Shown piece by piece: positions 7,304 through 13,827 of a stretch of DNA of 41,899 nt. Numbering within the stretch: the first letter of the stretch is position 1; every line of letters starts with the position of its first letter. Made by a program: the position numbers and the translations under genes. The stretch lies in NCBI GenBank assembly GCA_964552515.1, contig CAZKIN010000005.1, forward strand, positions 1 through 41,899. The letters run 5' to 3'. This DNA comes from an uncultured Phycisphaeraceae bacterium. Lineage in GTDB: Bacteria; Planctomycetota; Phycisphaerae; UBA1845. A model generated the notes under the pieces. The model searched no databases, was not told where the DNA came from, and saw only the letters and a list, made by a program, of their open reading frames with translations.

Positions 7304-9566
7304 CTTCGTCCTCCCGGTTGCCCAGTGCGCTTAACTCAATGCCCGCGTAAATGTCTCCGTCGTTGTCATCCGATTCAGATTCCAGGTCGGTGAGCTGAAT
7401 GCCCGCATAGGCATCCGGCTCCGCGTCGATCGCGTCGTGTGCTGCGAACGAAAGCTCCGCCGGCTCGTCGTCACCGCCCGCCAGATCGACCAGCGAAATG
7501 CCCGCATAGACGTCGTCTTCCGGAGGAAGTTCGAAGGTCTTTTGCGGGGCGGTCGAAATGCCTTCGAAGCCGGTGCGAACGGGCACGATGGTCGGCTGGA
7601 AATCAGCCTTACCCTCGGTGCCAGTGGCACGCAGCGTGCGCCGCTTGGCATGCACATGAGCATTGACCGCCGCGACGGCGGTACGCGTCCGCTTGGCCGC
7701 ACTCCGCGCCGCCGCATGGGCCACCTTGCGGTCGCGCATGCGCTGGCCCACCGCTTCGCGGACTTCCTCGCCGGATGTGCCGGGCACGATCTTTTCATTG
7801 CAAGTCAGCCGGGCAATCTGGCTGCGCGTCTTGACGTCGTACACCCAGCACTGCGACACGTCCGCCGTGTCCAGGCGAACCAGCACACTGCGCCCGCGCA
7901 GACGCGCGAGGGCCGGGTGCGAAGCGCCATAGGTGAATCGGGCCGGACCCACAGTGAGAGACACACCGTTGGCACCCACCTTGTATTCACCGCGAATGTC
8001 CAGCAGCAAGGCCAGGGCGTCGACATCGGCACGGCGCAGCCGATCGGCGCTTTGCCACACGGAGAGCGGCGCAGCCTGCAGCGTCCCATGGCGCTGGGCG
8101 TGGTACTGCTTGATGTAATCGCCGATGCGTTCGTGCGCTTCCTCAAAAGTCGGAACCCCGCAGCCTTCCCGAATATCCGCCAGGGCCTCGGGGCGCGTGG
8201 TCGGGGAGTTGCCGCAATAGCTGGCGAAGGTCTTTCCGCACTGGCCGTGGAACGTGCCGAACCAGCGCTCCACCAGACCCTTCGACCAGGGCGCATAGGG
8301 AATCGCGTAGATGATCTTGATGCCGAGTTCGGGAATGATGCCGCGCCAACGGGTGTCGTCGCAGGCCACCATCGTTTCCGCCGCCTGGTCAACCTGGTCG
8401 AAGTCGTCGCCGTGCAAACGCTTCAGCGCGGCACGCTCCATCTTGGTGACGCCGGTGAGCAGCTTGCTCGTGAAGTCCTTTCCGTTGTCCACGCGGAGAT
8501 AGTCGGGGATGCACCAGTCACGCAGGGCCATGCGCAGCGCAGCCAGGATCGCGTCCTGGTGCGGCGTGGGGCCGAGGTTCCATCCGACAATGCAGCGGCT
8601 GCGGCAATCCAACATGACGGTGAGCCACGGCCGAATCTGCTTACCCTCGAACTCCACCCAGAAATCGCACTGCGTGTGGTCGGTGACAAACCACTGGCCC
8701 ACGCCCACGGCGTCCCAGTCCATCTCGACGTAGGACATGAACTTGCGGCACCAGGCTTTTTTGCCCTCGCGCATCAGGAAGGTGAGCGACAGATCGTCAT
8801 GCTCATCCAGCCATCGGCGCGTGGCGGACAAACTCGCCGGCCATGACCAGCCCGCACGCTGCGCTTCGGCAAGGGTCATCTCGTGGCAGGTGGAAACCGC
8901 CAGGCGGCTTTCGGTGTGAAAGAGCGCATAGAAAAAGTTGATCGCACCCGCACTGCGCGTGGTGGCCGAGCCGTCGCCGGTTCCGGAGCCATCGCCGCCT
9001 TTATATTTGGGGACCAGTGCGCGGATGTGGCCATGGCCCTCGCGAAACTTTCGCTTCCACTCCTTGAGCGTGCTGACCGAGACCTTGAGGCCGGGGTCGC
9101 TTTTCGCAAACTCGGCGATGACCGCTTTGGCCAGGTCGGCGGCGGTGGGCGTTTTCCGCATCAGACGCAGGTGATCGGGCAAGGCCTGACGACCACTGCA
9201 GAGCTGCAGCCAGCGATCCAGTGCAGCATAGGACCGATACGCGCGGTGCGCGTGATTCAATCCGAACTCCGACTCCAGCGAAGCCTGCATGCCCGCGACA
9301 GTGGGCGAACCGATCAACAGTGCCTGATCGGCGTCACCGCGAACAAACCACCGCGACTTCCCGCCGCCGGCACACTTACGCTTTTCCGCGCGGCCGTAGC
9401 GTGCCCAGCCAGGGCAACGCATCTGGATGCTGCGGACGTCCCGGCCCATGCGGCGCGCCGCCTCTTCGGCGGTGATCCACTCGAGGCCACCATGTGGCAC
9501 TGGACCGCCTTGCGGCGCAGCAGCAACCTCGGATTGTCGCAGGGCTTGCGGCATCTTAGGCGGCAA
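7287..9566 (-). CDS. MuA-like DDE transposase
   Basis: N-terminal HTH (ITAEEAARRMGRDVRSIQ). DDE candidates in FVTDHTQCDFWV, LRVDNGKDFTS and APWSKGLVERWFGTF. 759 aa with an acidic C-terminal tail. Confidence 0.9.
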   Translation of the reverse strand: MPPKMPQALRQSEVAAAPQGGPVPHGGLEWITAEEAARRMGRDVRSIQMRCPGWARYGRAEKRKCAGGGKSRWFVRGDADQALLIGSPTVAGMQASLESEFGLNHAHRAYRSYAALDRWLQLCSGRQALPDHLRLMRKTPTAADLAKAVIAEFAKSDPGLKVSVSTLKEWKRKFREGHGHIRALVPKYKGGDGSGTGDGSATTRSAGAINFFYALFHTESRLAVSTCHEMTLAEAQRAGWSWPASLSATRRWLDEHDDLSLTFLMREGKKAWCRKFMSYVEMDWDAVGVGQWFVTDHTQCDFWVEFEGKQIRPWLTVMLDCRSRCIVGWNLGPTPHQDAILAALRMALRDWCIPDYLRVDNGKDFTSKLLTGVTKMERAALKRLHGDDFDQVDQAAETMVACDDTRWRGIIPELGIKIIYAIPYAPWSKGLVERWFGTFHGQCGKTFASYCGNSPTTRPEALADIREGCGVPTFEEAHERIGDYIKQYHAQRHGTLQAAPLSVWQSADRLRRADVDALALLLDIRGEYKVGANGVSLTVGPARFTYGASHPALARLRGRSVLVRLDTADVSQCWVYDVKTRSQIARLTCNEKIVPGTSGEEVREAVGQRMRDRKVAHAAARSAAKRTRTAVAAVNAHVHAKRRTLRATGTEGKADFQPTIVPVRTGFEGISTAPQKTFELPPEDDVYAGISLVDLAGGDDEPAELSFAAHDAIDAEPDAYAGIQLTDLESESDDNDGDIYAGIELSALGNREDEDDLLG
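7290..7517 (-). repeat. Triple peptide repeat D-x-YAGI-x-L-x-x-L in the acidic C-terminal tail of the transposase
   Basis: DVYAGISLVDL, DAYAGIQLTDL and DIYAGIELSAL. At the DNA level, AATGCCCGC(A/G)TA occurs three times on the + strand. Confidence 0.8.
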
Positions 9567-9825
9567 CCTCCTGGGGAAGTGTGTCGGCGCTCATCGCCTG
9601 GTGCATGCTGCGGAGCTCGCGGCGGTACATCGCCGCGTTGTCCTTCAGCGACAGGTCGGAGGTGGTGGCTATGAACCAGTCGTGCCCGTCGCGCGTCTCC
9701 AGCGTCACACGCAGCCGGTGACAGAAATCGCAATGGATGTAGACGATGCGTTCGTCGCTATTAAGCGTCTGGGTGAAGACGTTCTCGCGCGGGAGCGTCG
9801 AATTGCAATGCTGACAATCGTGCAT
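9556..9825 (-). CDS. Small CxxC/CxxC zinc-finger-like protein (89 aa)
   Basis: CQHC...CDFC. Overlaps the transposase start by 11 nt. Confidence 0.55.
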   Translation of the reverse strand: MHDCQHCNSTLPRENVFTQTLNSDERIVYIHCDFCHRLRVTLETRDGHDWFIATTSDLSLKDNAAMYRRELRSMHQAMSADTLPQEVAA

Positions 9826-9861
9826 ATGGAAAACTCCAGAGAGCAGCAGAACACCGGGAAA

Positions 9862-10107
9862 CTAAGCCACTTCCGAAAGACGATTGGTCGGCGTTTGGTT
9901 GCGCACGTTGACCTGGCAGATCGGGCAGATCGCGGTGAGCTGAGCGCTGAGCAGCTCAAGCTCGACGCCGCGCACCAGGCACGCGCCGTGCGCCTTGTGC
10001 GTGCCGCACTTACAGGACGGCGTACCGCGCGAGGTGCCGTCCATCAGAACGCTGAGGCCCAAGCCCAGGAGAAGAATGGTGACGATAAACAGGATGATCT
10101 CAATCAC
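9862..10107 (-). CDS. Small membrane-anchored Cys-rich protein (81 aa)
   Basis: N-terminal hydrophobic helix IILFIVTILLLGLGLSVL, then CKCG...CPIC. Confidence 0.5.
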   Translation of the reverse strand: MIEIILFIVTILLLGLGLSVLMDGTSRGTPSCKCGTHKAHGACLVRGVELELLSAQLTAICPICQVNVRNQTPTNRLSEVA

Positions 10108-10616
10108 GTCTTGCTCGCTTTCTCGGCGCGTCGCCGCTGAAGTTCGTGCATGATGGTCTTGAGGCGCACGCTGACCGCCTCGACCTTCTGGGTGAATTCC
10201 GCGATCCGGGCGTCGTCGCCCTCGTCCACTTTCCCGTCCGACTCGATCACCGCCAGCGCCTCAATCGCACCGCCCAAGTCCTTGAGCAGTTCGCCGGTCT
10301 GGGCGCACAACTTCTCGAAGGGCATGGCCGGGGCCGCGGGCTGAATCCACATGCCGACGAAGTGCGTGCCGTCCGTGAACAGCTGGAAAATCTCGCGGGC
10401 GGTGTCGAAGGCAGTCAGATCGCCGGCACGGAGCCGCGCATCCAGGCTGCGCAGAATCTCATTGAAGATGGCGGTGTAATCGACGTGTTCGCGGCGGAGA
10501 ATGTCGCATATGAAGTCCGCGTGCTTGTGCAGCCGGAAGGCGAGGCCCTTGGCGTGCACCTGCTGATCCCTCACCAGTTCGTGCAGCAATCGTTGGGCGC
10601 GGTTCATGAAATCCAT
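10104..10616 (-). CDS. Hypothetical early protein (170 aa)
   Basis: GGAGG lies 8 nt upstream of the ATG. The stop overlaps the next start. Confidence 0.6.
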   Translation of the reverse strand: MDFMNRAQRLLHELVRDQQVHAKGLAFRLHKHADFICDILRREHVDYTAIFNEILRSLDARLRAGDLTAFDTAREIFQLFTDGTHFVGMWIQPAAPAMPFEKLCAQTGELLKDLGGAIEALAVIESDGKVDEGDDARIAEFTQKVEAVSVRLKTIMHELQRRRAEKASKT

Positions 10617-10692
10617 CTGCCTGGCCTCCGTGCCAGCCTATAGTCAGCGGCGCTGGTAGCAGCCGCGAAAAACAAAACTAACTTACGAACCC

Positions 10693-10830
10693 ATGACCAA
10701 ACGGGAGAAAGCCCTCATGTGGCTCTGCCTGTTCCTGTTCGCCTTGCTGGTCGGGGCGTTTTCAACCGCCTGGTGCGCCATGCAGACCACGCAGGCGGAG
10801 GACGAATTACGAAACCTGCTGCTGCCCTGA
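10693..10830 (+). CDS. Candidate 45-codon single-TM peptide, antisense to the early operon (below the ORF-track cutoff)
   Basis: MTKREKALMWLCLFLFALLVGAFSTAWCAMQTTQAEDELRNLLLP. An internal ATG at 10717 has GGGAG upstream. Shares wobble phase with shadow ORF 10683..10922, so GC3 is uninformative. Confidence 0.3.
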   Translation: MTKREKALMWLCLFLFALLVGAFSTAWCAMQTTQAEDELRNLLLP

Positions 10831-11171
10831 AAAGTTGCCCGGCGGGCGAGGAAACAAGGCTGGATCAGGGCGACGCGGACATCATGATCTTCGGGAGTGC
10901 AATTACGCTCCCGGTGGGGCACACGCCCCGTCCACGCCGCACAATCCCTGTCTCCTCGCCCGCGCTTGGGCTACTTCACGAAATGCCGCCGAGAACTTCC
11001 CAGCGGCGACCTTTGGTGCGGGCACGTGCGGCGATCCGTGCATCAATGCTGTTCGCCGACCTCGGGGCCGACGGGTCGCTCCGCTTTCGCGGGCGCTCTC
11101 TCAAGGTACCCTGTGCGTTTCGACGGTTGGTTAATCCGCCGTCGATGCACGCACACATGCCCGCAGTTTCG

Positions 11172-11363
11172 TCAGCGCCGCTTGTGGCGCTTGTCATTGA
11201 TGTCCGTGGCCGTCCACCGGCCACGGGCGAAATCGTTAAGTTCGCGCACCACCCGTTCGGGGTCCTGATGCTTCACGGTGAAGCTGACGGACTTCCCATG
11301 GTCGGGGTGGCGCTGGTCCTGAATGGCGACGGCGACGGATATAGCCTTGGCGTACATGGTCAC
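11172..11363 (-). CDS. Hypothetical early protein (63 aa)
   Basis: GTGA overlap with the upstream gene. Second gene of the leftward operon. Confidence 0.5.
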   Translation of the reverse strand: MTMYAKAISVAVAIQDQRHPDHGKSVSFTVKHQDPERVVRELNDFARGRWTATDINDKRHKRR

Positions 11364-11530
11364 CCTGCCTTTCGTATTCGCGGTTGCGCATCGCTGAACA
11401 GTGCCTTGATTCGCCGGGCCGCTTCAGCGGGCGTAACGTCGTAAATGGTGATGCAACGCGACTTGGATCGTTTTGTTCCGTCCACGATTTGGACATAGAC
11501 GCGTTTTGGCCTGTTGAGGGTGCCACACAT
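11360..11530 (-). CDS. First early-operon protein (56 aa), possibly leaderless
   Basis: The tracked ORF start at 11566 is the TTG of a TTGACA -35 box. The ATG at 11530 lies 7 nt downstream of the putative -10. Confidence 0.4.
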   Translation of the reverse strand: MCGTLNRPKRVYVQIVDGTKRSKSRCITIYDVTPAEAARRIKALFSDAQPRIRKAG

Positions 11531-11536
11531 GCAATG

Positions 11537-11566
11537 ACTGTACAACATGCAATGCATGTGTGTCAA
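11537..11566 (-). promoter_or_regulatory. Putative early promoter (TTGACA, 18-nt spacer, TACAGT)
   Basis: On the minus strand, TTGACA at 11566-11561 and TACAGT at 11542-11537, within the AT-richer divergent region. Confidence 0.45.
11545..11559. promoter_or_regulatory. 15-bp palindrome ACATGCA-A-TGCATGT in the promoter spacer (operator candidate)
   Basis: Perfect 7-bp arms. A second half-site copy, ACATGCAATG, lies at 11527-11536 over the predicted transcription start. Confidence 0.5.
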
Positions 11567-11642
11567 GTGGATTTATGAAATAATTTCTGATAGGCGTATT
11601 AATGGCTACGGTAGCGGGCTTTGGACTTAAAAGAGGTATCGA

Positions 11643-12209
11643 ATGGAAAGCGACAAGAAGACGCCAAAAAGATCAAAGGCACAGGTTTCGTTCCAGTTCA
11701 GGCCTGAAGTGGAGAAATGGGTCGAAGACGAAGAATATCGCACCGGAATGAGCCGAACTAGATTAGGAATTGCTGCCATAATAGCCTATGAAATGCAGGG
11801 GTTGCACCAAAAGAGTATCGTCACTTGGCTTTCGACTGCTGTTGATCAGGGCCGCATTACTTTGGATGAAGCTATTGCTTTTTTTCAGGTTGTCGAACCT
11901 GCAATTCATTCCCCCAGTTGGATCGATGTGCCCCATAGCCCCCACAAGGAACATTTTGCGATGCAATTAATGGAGCTTTTGAATGACAGCTTCATTGGTT
12001 TTGCCGGGTCGAAAGCTAAGTACCCCGATGCGATCGCGGAGCTGCGAAAGAATGAACTTCGCTATGCCGAGTATCGAAGGGCCGAAGCGATTAAGAGGGT
12101 CAAGGCGAAGTTCGAGGCGGAGGCGGAGGCTGCAAAAAAGGCTGTTGCTGCTGGTGCCTCTGTGAAGCCCAAGCGCGTGCGGCAGCGGCGAGAAGGCGAA
12201 GGTGCTTAA
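11643..12209 (+). CDS. Candidate prophage repressor: N-terminal ribbon-helix-helix-like domain plus Lys/Ala/Glu-rich tail
   Basis: KAQVSFQFRPEVEKWVEDEEYRTGMSRTRLGIAAIIAY fits a beta-alpha-alpha RHH pattern. Divergent from the early operon, with AAGAGG upstream. Confidence 0.55.
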   Translation: MESDKKTPKRSKAQVSFQFRPEVEKWVEDEEYRTGMSRTRLGIAAIIAYEMQGLHQKSIVTWLSTAVDQGRITLDEAIAFFQVVEPAIHSPSWIDVPHSPHKEHFAMQLMELLNDSFIGFAGSKAKYPDAIAELRKNELRYAEYRRAEAIKRVKAKFEAEAEAAKKAVAAGASVKPKRVRQRREGEGA

Positions 12210-12291
12210 TAGAGACCGTTTCGACGCTGTTCGCGATGGATTGCTTAAGTTTGTCCCGCTCGGATGCTATTGTGAACAATAATTTTGACAT

Positions 12292-12302
12292 GTTCTGGCC
12301 TC
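12292..12302. repeat. Internal 11-bp copy of the second right-end site (GTTCTGGCCTC)
   Basis: Identical to the reverse complement of 41748-41758. Confidence 0.45.
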
Positions 12303-12385
12303 CATGTTCTTGTGTAAAATTGAAAAGCCGGGCGGCGTCCTCCTGACGCACGATTCCTTGGCCACGCCCAGCAATTCAGAGTTGG

Positions 12386-12409
12386 CAATCTCACCCACCC
12401 GTGAGATTG
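12386..12409 (+). promoter_or_regulatory. Perfect 9-bp inverted repeat CAATCTCAC-N6-GTGAGATTG upstream of the zinc-ribbon gene
   Basis: Read directly. No T-tract on either side, so not a terminator. Confidence 0.4.
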
Positions 12410-12487
12410 GGAAAAACTGTACGGGATACGTTAGGTCAATGTCAAGGGTTCGCCGGCGACTATTTTTCAGGTCCGTTTGGGCCGATA

Positions 12488-12970
12488 ATGTCAATTGGGA
12501 ATCGGTTAAAATGTGACGACGTGGAGTCGCGAACGGTGAACGTGTACTGCCCTCATTGCGAAAATGCCTGCTCGGACATGGCACCGGCTTGTCCAAAGTG
12601 CGGCCATCCGATGCAAGGCGGGCCACAGGCAAGCGTGGCCGTGCCGTCCACGATTCCCTGTCCGGCCTGTAACCGCCAAATCATACCGCAGTGGACTTAC
12701 CATGGGCGGGACTTCATGGCGAGCATTCAGGGGTTGGGCGTAGAGTCCCACAAAACCTCGCGACTCTGTCCGCTTTGCGGCATCGACATTGATCGCTATA
12801 TGAAAGAACGGCAGGATGAGCGGTGGCGAGAAGCCGAACGAATACGTGACGCAAGCATGTCGCCCGACGAGAAATTCAAGGCGGTGGCGATGGACAAGGC
12901 TGTGCTGTTGGTCATTGCTGGAGCCTGCGTAGCTGTGATACTGTTGTTCATGGGAATCCTGGGAAAATAA
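12488..12970 (+). CDS. Tail-anchored membrane protein with two zinc ribbons
   Basis: CPHC..CPKC and CPAC..CPLC pairs. C-terminal TM AVLLVIAGACVAVILLFMGIL. The ATG at 12488 is preferred over the GTG at 12401. Confidence 0.6.
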   Translation: MSIGNRLKCDDVESRTVNVYCPHCENACSDMAPACPKCGHPMQGGPQASVAVPSTIPCPACNRQIIPQWTYHGRDFMASIQGLGVESHKTSRLCPLCGIDIDRYMKERQDERWREAERIRDASMSPDEKFKAVAMDKAVLLVIAGACVAVILLFMGILGK

Positions 12971-12978
12971 TTTTTCTC

Positions 12979-13007
12979 TTGACAAGTGACAGTCGCTGTG
13001 GCGTAAT
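12979..13007 (+). promoter_or_regulatory. Sigma-70-like promoter candidate (TTGACA, 17-nt spacer, CGTAAT)
   Basis: Perfect -35 box 9 nt after the stop of 12488..12970, with an A/T-rich upstream tract. The -10 is imperfect. Confidence 0.35.
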
Positions 13008-13013
13008 GCCACG

Positions 13014-13186
13014 CTGACATAGGCCTGACCAGCCGTCTAAGTTGTCTTAACTTCACGAAACGATCGAGAATCGAACCATGTAAATCAACGCCGAAGAGCC
13101 GACAAAACTCTATTGGCCTGACGAATTGGAACGGTTCCGCGATTGCCCGAGCTTGGGTGAACGCGGAACCGTTCTGTTTATTTGTT
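13014..13186 (+). ncRNA. Candidate ~170-nt noncoding transcript, or long 3' UTR of the immunity operon
   Basis: Bounded by the promoter candidate and a strong intrinsic terminator. The + strand has no ORF beyond ATG-TAA. Confidence 0.3.
13129..13186 (+). terminator. Rho-independent terminator
   Basis: Perfect 13-bp stem, GAACGGTTCCGCG (13129-13141) with CGCGGAACCGTTC (13162-13174), followed by TGTTTATTTGTT. Confidence 0.7.
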
Positions 13187-13274
13187 GAGGCCACGGACGG
13201 CTTATGGCGATGGATCGCCCGAACAATTCAGGCAACACCCAAGCTACTTTCCCCCTCCAGGGAAGACGCCCGAA

Positions 13275-13307
13275 CGCGCGGGAGAGCGTAATTCACTCTC
13301 CCGCGCG
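13275..13307 (+). promoter_or_regulatory. Perfect 12-bp GC-rich stem-loop
   Basis: CGCGCGGGAGAG-N9-CTCTCCCGCGCG with no T-tract. Upstream of the Lar-like gene. Confidence 0.5.
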
Positions 13308-13322
13308 CGGACGGATCAGCCC

Positions 13323-13348
13323 AGGCACCAAGGCACAGAGCCACGGAG
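13323..13348 (+). repeat. GGCA/GCCA-core short tandem array (AGGCACCA AGGCACAG AGCCACGGAG)
   Basis: Ends 6 nt before the ATG at 13355. Confidence 0.7.
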
Positions 13349-13354
13349 AAACAC

Positions 13355-13573
13355 ATGACAGCGCCCGATCCATGCCTGTGCGGCTCCACGGACCTGCAAC
13401 ACTGGAACGAGGGGCATCGGCATCGGATCAACTGTGCCGGATGCGAGGCCCACGGAAGAATCAAGCCGAATCACGAAGCCGCAGTTGCGGAATGGAATGC
13501 ACAGATGGCCAGCGCCCGGAAGCGATACGCCGAGAACGAGAAGGCGCGGAGGAAGGGTCACGGACCCGAGTAG
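13355..13573 (+). CDS. Lar-family-like restriction alleviation protein (72 aa)
   Basis: CLCG...CAGC zinc knuckles followed by AAVAEWNAQ match the Lar family pattern (CxxC...CxxC...A-x-x-WN) from memory. Confidence 0.55.
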   Translation: MTAPDPCLCGSTDLQHWNEGHRHRINCAGCEAHGRIKPNHEAAVAEWNAQMASARKRYAENEKARRKGHGPE

Positions 13574-13599
13574 TGGCACGCGGACATCTTGCCAACGAG

Positions 13600-13672
13600 T
13601 GCGGAGTGGCGCAGCGGCAAGCGCGACTGGCTCATAACCAGAAGGTCGCAGGTTCGAGTCCTGCCTCCGCTA
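13600..13672 (+). tRNA. tRNA with anticodon CAU (Met, fMet-like or Ile2); no encoded CCA
   Basis: Cloverleaf folded by hand: acceptor pairs 2-71 to 7-66, D stem GCGC/GCGC, anticodon loop CTCATAA (CAT at 13633-13635), T arm GCAGG-TTCGAGT-CCTGC. U1/U72 and A27/A43 are mismatched. Confidence 0.85.
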
Positions 13673-13703
13673 TTGAAACCCTAACGACGCCGACAGGTGC
13701 ACC

Positions 13704-13736
13704 AGTGCGGGCGGCCAAGGATGGCTCGCCCGCACT
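13704..13736 (+). promoter_or_regulatory. Perfect 10-bp stem-loop downstream of the tRNA
   Basis: AGTGCGGGCG-N13-CGCCCGCACT. No T-tract. Confidence 0.45.
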
Positions 13737-13827
13737 CCGGAATTCAATCGTGTCACTGTGTGGCACGCAGTCATACGATGGAGCGGAAATTGGAATGCGG
13801 AGCGTAAGTGACAAAGGAGTGTCAGTT

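Noticed and set aside
10683-11444. ORFs 10683..10922(-), 10976..11224(-), 10719..11444(+), 10835..11134(+) and 10897..11268(+) in the early-operon gap.
   Set aside because: All give Arg/Ser/Pro-rich, mutually overlapping products without start signals, and none is convincing. The gap is reported as a finding instead. 10976..11224 cannot be fully excluded.
12100-12351. A minus-strand small ORF (ATG 12291 with GGAGG upstream) converging on the repressor candidate.
   Set aside because: More than half of it is antisense to the repressor's Lys/Ala/Glu-rich tail and reads as low-complexity (QQQQPFLQPPPPP). The SD-like GGAGG overlaps the transposase-site-like 11-mer. Kept only as a remote possibility.
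12796-13194. A 132-aa minus-strand ORF in the moron island.
   Set aside because: It is translated through both arms of the 13-bp terminator stem and overlaps the zinc-ribbon gene by about 175 nt. It has no SD-like sequence. More likely a shadow of a noncoding unit.
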